Shown here piece by piece: positions 57,432 to 64,000 of a stretch of DNA of 64,000 nt; within the stretch, counting starts at the first letter, position 1, and each line of letters begins with the position of its first letter. A program made the position numbers and the translations under genes. Location: the sequence record NC_048779.1, one strand, 5' to 3'. The notes under the pieces are model-generated. The model did not search any database. It had not been told where the DNA came from and saw only the letters and a program-made list of their open reading frames with translations.

Positions 57432-60400
57432 CTATTTAGTGATTAACGCCACACGGTTAGAGCTTTCATCAATCCCAACAGAGTCAAAATTAACAAAGCT
57501 TGAATCCCAGCGCACAACGTGCTCTGAAATTTCAGCACCCGTGTAAACTACTAAATGATGGTCACCTTCGTCCAAAGGACCTAGTTTAACACTAAAGCTA
57601 CCATCCGAGTTCACGGCATTTTCGTGGAAAGTATGAGTGGTCTTATCGTAAATACCTACCCCATTGTAATCAGTGAGCGCACCGGATTTATCCAATACTT
57701 CACCGACTGCTTCCACTTCCGCACCAATCTCCACTTTAGTAGGGATTGATAGGTCACGGAAAGAAGTACCTACTTTAACAGTATCCTCAACCCATGTTAG
57801 GTTATGGATGGCAAGTGGAACAGTTTCCCCTAAGATGCCGGTAACCGTATCACTTGATTTGGCGTCGTTGTAAGGTAACGTGACTTTCACAATACCGAAC
57901 TCATCGGTGGTGAGTGTTCTAGGAACGTTACCCGGACCCGGACTACCAACAGCCACTAACACATTACGGTATTGGATTGGTTGGTTGCCATCTTGTTTAT
58001 AGATCAACCAAACTTCACCAGATTCACCTTGAGGTACTTCGTCGAAAGAGTAAGGAGCAACCGTCACCGATGCGTTCTCCACCCATTCGATTTCGATGGA
58101 GTCGTCAATGACATCACCTAGTTCACGGTAAAGTGAGTAAGTGTAAACCCCTCTACTCTCACTAGTTAGTGTCATACGAATCGTACCGTCCGGCATGATG
58201 TTGGCATCTGCCTGTGGCCCTTCATCTGTACGCACTGAAAGCTTCTCAGGGATGCGTGGTGTGTACAACGCACCATTGGACTGGTAGATCTTACCTGTAA
58301 CAGGGAGCTCTTCTCCGGCAATAACAGCGGTAGGTAGTTGATCAACATCCCACTCGATATACGCACCGGTGATGTCTGGGACCGCCCACTCGACCGTATG
58401 AAGTTCGTTGTTCACTTCGTTGTAAAGTACGATGTCTTTAGTAACGAAAGTGTCATTGATCATGTACGCTGTAAACTCACCCGTAACCGAGTCTTGCTCA
58501 CGGATAGACACAGGGATGTGTTCGAACGTACTACGATCGTAACCACCCAGTATGATGCCCGTGCTAACGTTATCTGGAATTAACGGGTCACCGTTTTCAT
58601 CCAACATCACACCAGTGAATAACAACTCTCTTCCGTAGGTAATTGCAGGGACAGACATTTGCGTCATGGTTACACTGATGCCAGTCTCGTCGCTCCATTT
58701 AACAACTACTTGAGCTTCTTTCAGACCTAGTGAGGCGAAGAACACACCGTGCTTCTCGTCTTCTAAGTAAGGTGCTTCGTAAGTCGCGATACCATGCTCA
58801 TCTGTAACGATGGTTCCTAGCTGACGCTCAGGCGAATAGATGGTAGACGTTTGGCGAACATTCAGTTCCACACCCGGCTTACCTTTACCGTCTTCATCCA
58901 GCACGTACCAACCAATAACACGGTTCATGCCGTAAGGAACACGGAACAAACGATCGTCGCTTGGTAACGCCGTAACCGTTATGTCGCCAGTGAAGTTGAT
59001 GGTGTAAGAACCTACCGCGCGGTTGTTAGCAGAGAACCCGTAAGTTGTACTGCCTGATTTAATACCTACCGCTTTATAAGTCCAATTACCATTGCCGTCT
59101 GATTGAGCTTTCTCAATAGTACCCGCAAATTCCACTTCAAATTCAAATGGAATACCCGGTAAGTAAGCTTCATCATGTTGGTCGAAAGTTTTGCCACTCA
59201 GGGTTACTGACTCACCAACTTTACCCGTTACCGGTAACCCGTCATCAAATGTAATCTTCGCAAGGCGTGGTGGTTCACCCATCCAACGAATGCTGTGACT
59301 ACCTTGATTACCGTTTTCCAGACGGAAAGTAAAGGTGGTTTCTTCCCAGTCACCGTAAGGTCCAACTTCCGCTTCAAAGCGTCCATCGAAACCAGCGTAG
59401 ATGATCGTCTCGTCGGCATCCTTCAACTCCTTCATGTAAACCGGAGTACGGCTATCACTTGTGAAGTTGTTGCCTTCTTCATCCACCAACTGACCCGCAA
59501 TACGGACACTCGTACCCGCCGGTGCTTCAGGGACGTTATCAGGACTCATCACGATGTCGTGTGCGATCTTAGGTGCTTCTGTCCACTCCACGTTGCCAAA
59601 GGCAAAGCTGTTGTCAGTCCACACCACCACTTGGTAAACGTCACCCGGTTCCTTAGGAGAACCTGTCAGCTCGTATTTACCTGCGCCTGCGGTGTTAGCT
59701 TCAGCGTAAGGTTGCCATAACGGACCGTAACCGATATTAACTTTAACACCGTCAACCAAATCACCGTATTGGTCATAAACCAAACCTTTTACAGATAAAG
59801 GTTCATTTCCAACAAACGACATGTCTTCCACGTCTAAGGTAATACGGTCACCGTAAGGTTCAGTTTCTACCCAACGGATTAGGTGCTCATGACGGTTACC
59901 CATCACAACCAGTTTAAAGGTAGTGCGGTCTTGTCCTTCTTTACGGATGCGAGTAAGTAAGAACTTACCTGTTTCATCAGTCGTCTCACGACGGATAGAA
60001 TCCAGATCATCATCCATGTAAGAGAAGAACTCAGTATCACGCAGAGGTTGACCTTCACTGTTCAGCAATTGACCGTAAGCACGACCCGCTTTGTTGATAC
60101 TCACTTTAGTAGGAGTGTACGGGAAGAACTCACCAACTTGTTGTTCCGGGTTAGACGTGATGCGAATGTCTTTACTTAAGAAGTAATCCGGAAGTTCACC
60201 AGCGACCTCAAAGTCAAACTCAAACGTTTCCGTTGCCCCACTCACACGTTCAGACCATGTGAAGAAACGGAACGTGCCGTCTAAGCCAATGTCGACCTTA
60301 CGAGGGGTTGTGTCGTGTTGAACACCACCTTTCACCAACATCTTAGTCAGACCGTCGGTCACCAACGCACCTTTCTGATCATAAACGCGACCAGAGAACT

Positions 60401-62195
60401 CGATCATTTGAAGCTCACCGATGCTGTTAGGAACGGAGGTATCAAACTCGATAGTAGTTGGAACTGGTGTTTCAGTATCCGGGCCTTCAGTGACGTCAAT
60501 AGAGATACCCGTAGTGGCTAGGATTAAACGATCACCTTGGATGGACTCGTGTATCCAACGAACGTAGATCGTACGACCTTGAGGCTCTTGGACATCCAAC
60601 CACATTTTCTCTGCATAACGGCTGATTTCGTACTCATACGTTTTACCAGACGTAGCTAAGATCTCAAAGTGAGTTGGTTCAATCGGACCTTTCTCACGTT
60701 GTGGGTTAAAGCCCGGTTCCACAGCACGATAGACTTGATCTAAGAAATCTTCTAAGTCATCATACTCACCACCGAAGGTGATTTCTTGACGACCATCCGC
60801 TTGGTTAATCGCTTTGAACGTTGGGTCAGAGTAAGAGGAACGATCGTAAGAATAACGAACATCGAACTTACTGCCGTCTTCAGTACCCGGTGCCTTCAGT
60901 ACGAACGTGGTCGATTGACGCATGATCATAGGTTTAAAGGTCGGAACCACATCACTGAGTCGACAGTTCAACTCCAGTGTTTGCTCTACACCGTAAGTGG
61001 TAGGACGGAAAGCCGGTGACATTTCGTTAATACGAACGTGATCGGTGGCGTCAATCATGAACTTACGATCTAAGTCGGTCAGGAAGTGTTTCAGAATATA
61101 CTGACCGTTCACCCAAGTAGGGTAAGAGTAAAGCTTAGGTGAATAAGCTCCATCAAACGGAACCGCTAACAACCAATAAGAACTACGGTATTGGTTAGGG
61201 TTGCCCGGCTGGGCTTCGTAGATGTGCTCATCTGCATCCAAGTTGTAAACTAGGGTTAATGTCCCACGTTGACTCGGAGTGGATGGTTTGTGTTCATTCA
61301 AACCCAGTAATTGAACTTTCTGACCATCAATCGCCAATTCATCTGAACGAGAACCATCACTGTAGTGAACCATTGCACGGAACGCTAGGTTCTGTAACAT
61401 GGTGTTAACTGGAACGTTCAATGTTTTCGGGTCACTGGTATTCAGGAACCAAGGGGCAAGTAGTTCAACATGTTTAATGTAACGTTTACCAACTTGATGG
61501 TCACGCAACATTGACGTATGTTGGACAGTAAGCGTTCGTGCTTTAGGAATTACATTACCTTTAGCGTCATACCAAACTAAGGTGGTACGCGAACCATCAG
61601 GTAGTTCGTCTGGGTTACGGTTCACTGAGAAAGGCTGTGTAATCATAATCTCTTTATTAGAGAGCTCATGATAAGCCGCCAGTGTAACCGGTACTCGGTC
61701 TGAAACTAACTGGTTGTTGTTAGAATAAACTACCGAGATAACTTTACCTTTGTCCCCAACGGTGTTGCCTTCGTAAAGTAACGCGTAAGCCGCACCCGGT
61801 GCCATGACCTGACCATCAATAACCGCACGGTTAGGACGTACAGAGTAGTCGATCGCAACGATGGCCTCACCTTGGAAACCAGAAGGTAAACCAAAGATGC
61901 CATCAACATCATTACCACCATCCCCAGTATTAAAGATAGGTTGGAGTGTTGATTTTAGATCCGATTCCCAGTTGACATGAGTAACCATGTACATTTGCTG
62001 AGCCTCAGGATCGAGCACCATTTCTTTTTCTCGGGGAACCACATAACGATGTGCTTCGCCCGGCTTCACTGTATCAGGATCGTAGATATCCCAAATGTAG
62101 TGAAGACGTCCACGGTCATTTTCATTAGGGAGCTGTGGACCAGCTCCCGGAATGACGGATGACTGAGACGGACTTTTTAAATCTTTCTCAAACAT
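57432..62195 (-). CDS. Putative virion protein (~1587 aa): conserved-looking N-terminal ~580 aa fused to ~10 Ig-like units
   Basis: Start revised to MFEKDL (SD GAGG, overlaps upstream TGA); repeats begin near PTTIEFDTSVP. Confidence 0.78.
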   Translation of the reverse strand: MFEKDLKSPSQSSVIPGAGPQLPNENDRGRLHYIWDIYDPDTVKPGEAHRYVVPREKEMVLDPEAQQMYMVTHVNWESDLKSTLQPIFNTGDGGNDVDGIFGLPSGFQGEAIVAIDYSVRPNRAVIDGQVMAPGAAYALLYEGNTVGDKGKVISVVYSNNNQLVSDRVPVTLAAYHELSNKEIMITQPFSVNRNPDELPDGSRTTLVWYDAKGNVIPKARTLTVQHTSMLRDHQVGKRYIKHVELLAPWFLNTSDPKTLNVPVNTMLQNLAFRAMVHYSDGSRSDELAIDGQKVQLLGLNEHKPSTPSQRGTLTLVYNLDADEHIYEAQPGNPNQYRSSYWLLAVPFDGAYSPKLYSYPTWVNGQYILKHFLTDLDRKFMIDATDHVRINEMSPAFRPTTYGVEQTLELNCRLSDVVPTFKPMIMRQSTTFVLKAPGTEDGSKFDVRYSYDRSSYSDPTFKAINQADGRQEITFGGEYDDLEDFLDQVYRAVEPGFNPQREKGPIEPTHFEILATSGKTYEYEISRYAEKMWLDVQEPQGRTIYVRWIHESIQGDRLILATTGISIDVTEGPDTETPVPTTIEFDTSVPNSIGELQMIEFSGRVYDQKGALVTDGLTKMLVKGGVQHDTTPRKVDIGLDGTFRFFTWSERVSGATETFEFDFEVAGELPDYFLSKDIRITSNPEQQVGEFFPYTPTKVSINKAGRAYGQLLNSEGQPLRDTEFFSYMDDDLDSIRRETTDETGKFLLTRIRKEGQDRTTFKLVVMGNRHEHLIRWVETEPYGDRITLDVEDMSFVGNEPLSVKGLVYDQYGDLVDGVKVNIGYGPLWQPYAEANTAGAGKYELTGSPKEPGDVYQVVVWTDNSFAFGNVEWTEAPKIAHDIVMSPDNVPEAPAGTSVRIAGQLVDEEGNNFTSDSRTPVYMKELKDADETIIYAGFDGRFEAEVGPYGDWEETTFTFRLENGNQGSHSIRWMGEPPRLAKITFDDGLPVTGKVGESVTLSGKTFDQHDEAYLPGIPFEFEVEFAGTIEKAQSDGNGNWTYKAVGIKSGSTTYGFSANNRAVGSYTINFTGDITVTALPSDDRLFRVPYGMNRVIGWYVLDEDGKGKPGVELNVRQTSTIYSPERQLGTIVTDEHGIATYEAPYLEDEKHGVFFASLGLKEAQVVVKWSDETGISVTMTQMSVPAITYGRELLFTGVMLDENGDPLIPDNVSTGIILGGYDRSTFEHIPVSIREQDSVTGEFTAYMINDTFVTKDIVLYNEVNNELHTVEWAVPDITGAYIEWDVDQLPTAVIAGEELPVTGKIYQSNGALYTPRIPEKLSVRTDEGPQADANIMPDGTIRMTLTSESRGVYTYSLYRELGDVIDDSIEIEWVENASVTVAPYSFDEVPQGESGEVWLIYKQDGNQPIQYRNVLVAVGSPGPGNVPRTLTTDEFGIVKVTLPYNDAKSSDTVTGILGETVPLAIHNLTWVEDTVKVGTSFRDLSIPTKVEIGAEVEAVGEVLDKSGALTDYNGVGIYDKTTHTFHENAVNSDGSFSVKLGPLDEGDHHLVVYTGAEISEHVVRWDSSFVNFDSVGIDESSNRVALITK

Positions 62196-64000
62196 GTTTA
62201 ACCTCGAAGTGTCCATTCGTGTTAACTCGACTCTGTAAGAAAATCTCATTAACTCTTTGGATAAAGATGAGTTCCTTAGGAGACACTGCCACTAAGGTTT
62301 GTTGAACGTAAGGGAATATCGCAAAGTAGCGTCGATCGTATTCACGGGTTACAGGGTCGTGCTCTAATAACCATTGGAAACTTGCTGTCTTCCGTAATAC
62401 ATAGTCTTCAGAGTAAGATTCACCCGGAGGTAGGTCGTCCAGTTGAATAATACCTAAAAGTAACTGGTTGACCACCGCATTCATAAATGGACTGAATACT
62501 CGGTATTTATCCATCAACGATGGAATAACCTGAGGCTCAGGTTTACGAGCAAATAACGTTAAGTAGTCACTCATCCGCTTATCTTGATCCCGTGCTTCTT
62601 CCCATCCTGCCGTCAAGTCGTAAGGGACCCAATTGCGGAGAGGAAGATACCAGTGTTTAACCCCATAAGGTAACCCGTTGTACGGGTTAAGCAGTTCACT
62701 CGGAGCATGATGTTCCGCCGCAGGGACCTTACTAGGGTCCCAAACCTTACCGCCGATAGTCGTACGAGTAACACGGTCTTCACGCAAGTTATAACGTGTG
62801 TTATGACCAATTACGCCACCCATGACGTACCCAAGTTCAGTTTGCTCCAATGGTTCGGTTTCACCCACTGGGCTCCACTCACTACAATAAAGAACAAAGT
62901 CATTACCATCGGCCTTTAAGTACTGATGGTTGACAATGTAAATGTGAGGGAAACGCACCACGTAGTCAACGTTCTCAATTAAGGAATGACGATTCATGAT
63001 CACCATGATGTTAGCCGGAGCAACATCAGTCAACATACCACCTTGGGCCCATTCTTCAGTCACACTGAAAGATAAGGAATTATCAATGTGATCCAAAGTA
63101 AACTCTTTGTATAACGTTTGGTCATTATACAAAATCATTCCAATGAACATTGAACTCGGTAATAACCAAACCACTTTACCAGTTGTACGATCGAAAGTGT
63201 AATGTTCCCCTTCAACTGCACGGTAACGCTCACCGACTAAGTTGCCTTCCGTTGTTACTTTCTGGTAATAGAAGCGCGGTGTGGTTTCTTTGTCTACCAC
63301 CATTGGGTCTCTACCGATATCCATGTGAACGCGTAACCCCGGTTTCCCCGGGTAGAACTCAACCAAATGAGTATCGCTCGAAGGGAGCACATGACGTATC
63401 TTTTCAAAGTCACGCATTCTCAGGAACAGTCCATCTTTGTCGTATTCAAACATAGTTAAATGTTCACGACACGCGGGAGGAACATCGAGTTCCATTCCTG
63501 ATTCCGGGTCGTAAGTGAATGGTGTTCCGCATAACACTTGGGTGGCGCGGTTGTAACCCACAGCAGTTACTGCCTGTTCGTGTGTTAAGTCCCCGTAGTT
63601 GCGATCTAAGTACAAGTTCGTTTCTGCGTTTTCCAATTCACGAGCCGACCATTCTTTCATGGTGGAGTTGATACCGATTAACGCTCCCATGATACCGTCA
63701 TCGTTCATTCGGTATAAATAACGGACGCCGCTGGACTCGTACTGCATCTCTTGAGCGTAATCGTTTTTACGGTAGATCAGACGAAGGTAACGAGTTTCGT
63801 TTTTCAACATGTCCTCTAAGTTACCCATGTCATCCACTAACGTTGCATCCACCGAATAGTCACAATGAGTGAGTTGTCGGAAGTTAGATGCACGATTTCG
63901 GTGAAGGTAAATGCCACGCCCATTTTTATCAACCAAATAAAAAGAAACATCGGTCACATAGCGGTAGGAGAAATCCCCTTCCACCTTCTTAGGATGAACG
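62188..64000 (-). CDS. Partial putative virion structural protein (5' end outside window)
   Basis: The frame is open to the window edge (...VHPKKVEGDFSY); phiKZ-like structural-gene context. Confidence 0.7.
   Translation of the reverse strand, partial: VHPKKVEGDFSYRYVTDVSFYLVDKNGRGIYLHRNRASNFRQLTHCDYSVDATLVDDMGNLEDMLKNETRYLRLIYRKNDYAQEMQYESSGVRYLYRMNDDGIMGALIGINSTMKEWSARELENAETNLYLDRNYGDLTHEQAVTAVGYNRATQVLCGTPFTYDPESGMELDVPPACREHLTMFEYDKDGLFLRMRDFEKIRHVLPSSDTHLVEFYPGKPGLRVHMDIGRDPMVVDKETTPRFYYQKVTTEGNLVGERYRAVEGEHYTFDRTTGKVVWLLPSSMFIGMILYNDQTLYKEFTLDHIDNSLSFSVTEEWAQGGMLTDVAPANIMVIMNRHSLIENVDYVVRFPHIYIVNHQYLKADGNDFVLYCSEWSPVGETEPLEQTELGYVMGGVIGHNTRYNLREDRVTRTTIGGKVWDPSKVPAAEHHAPSELLNPYNGLPYGVKHWYLPLRNWVPYDLTAGWEEARDQDKRMSDYLTLFARKPEPQVIPSLMDKYRVFSPFMNAVVNQLLLGIIQLDDLPPGESYSEDYVLRKTASFQWLLEHDPVTREYDRRYFAIFPYVQQTLVAVSPKELIFIQRVNEIFLQSRVNTNGHFEVKHV

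Noticed and set aside
57419-57434. Programmed frameshift or readthrough fusing the ~1587-aa and 3529-aa ORFs
   Set aside because: Two in-frame TAA codons precede the ATG, and TAG readthrough meets a TGA within a few codons.
39032-62249. Diversity-generating retroelement acting on the Ig proteins
   Set aside because: No reverse transcriptase and no near-identical template/variable repeat pair seen in this window.
630-63455. Many short ORF-track entries antisense or out of frame within long genes (e.g. 40517-40825, 51119-51652, 59295-59720)
   Set aside because: Shadow ORFs produced by codon bias of the main genes; no SD or recognisable motifs.
1-64000. CRISPR array, tRNA or rRNA genes, alternative genetic code
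   Set aside because: No regularly spaced repeats or cloverleaves seen; long ORFs are intact under the standard code, and TAG is used as a stop.

Overview
This is a 64-kb segment of a nucleus-forming jumbo phage genome (phiKZ-like, Chimalliviridae). A Vibrio-type host is plausible but cannot be established from the sequence. Most genes are on the minus strand. The left part (1-21.4 kb) is the conserved core block: probable PicA, a gp68-like nvRNAP subunit, ChmC, SbcD, an nvRNAP beta' gene split by a group I intron with an HNH endonuclease exactly at NADFDG|DQM, chimallin, a family-B DNA polymerase and PhuZ tubulin. The middle (21.4-32.4 kb) is accessory. It holds a ~430-nt highly structured non-coding element with its own promoter-like motif, predicted pseudoknot and terminator. 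Directly upstream are three genes built almost entirely of tandem AraC DNA-binding domains (7 in total). Two more structured intergenic elements start with the same TRYATTATATGT motif, and an array of paralogous unknown genes lies between them. The right part has two conserved putative virion genes, thymidylate kinase, a terminase large subunit with a class 3 intein in its Walker A motif, and ~23 kb of three giant Ig-like repeat proteins. Their A-B-C domain register continues across a gene boundary, splitting one domain between two polypeptides. All family assignments come from motif recognition and recalled phiKZ synteny; no database searches were run.
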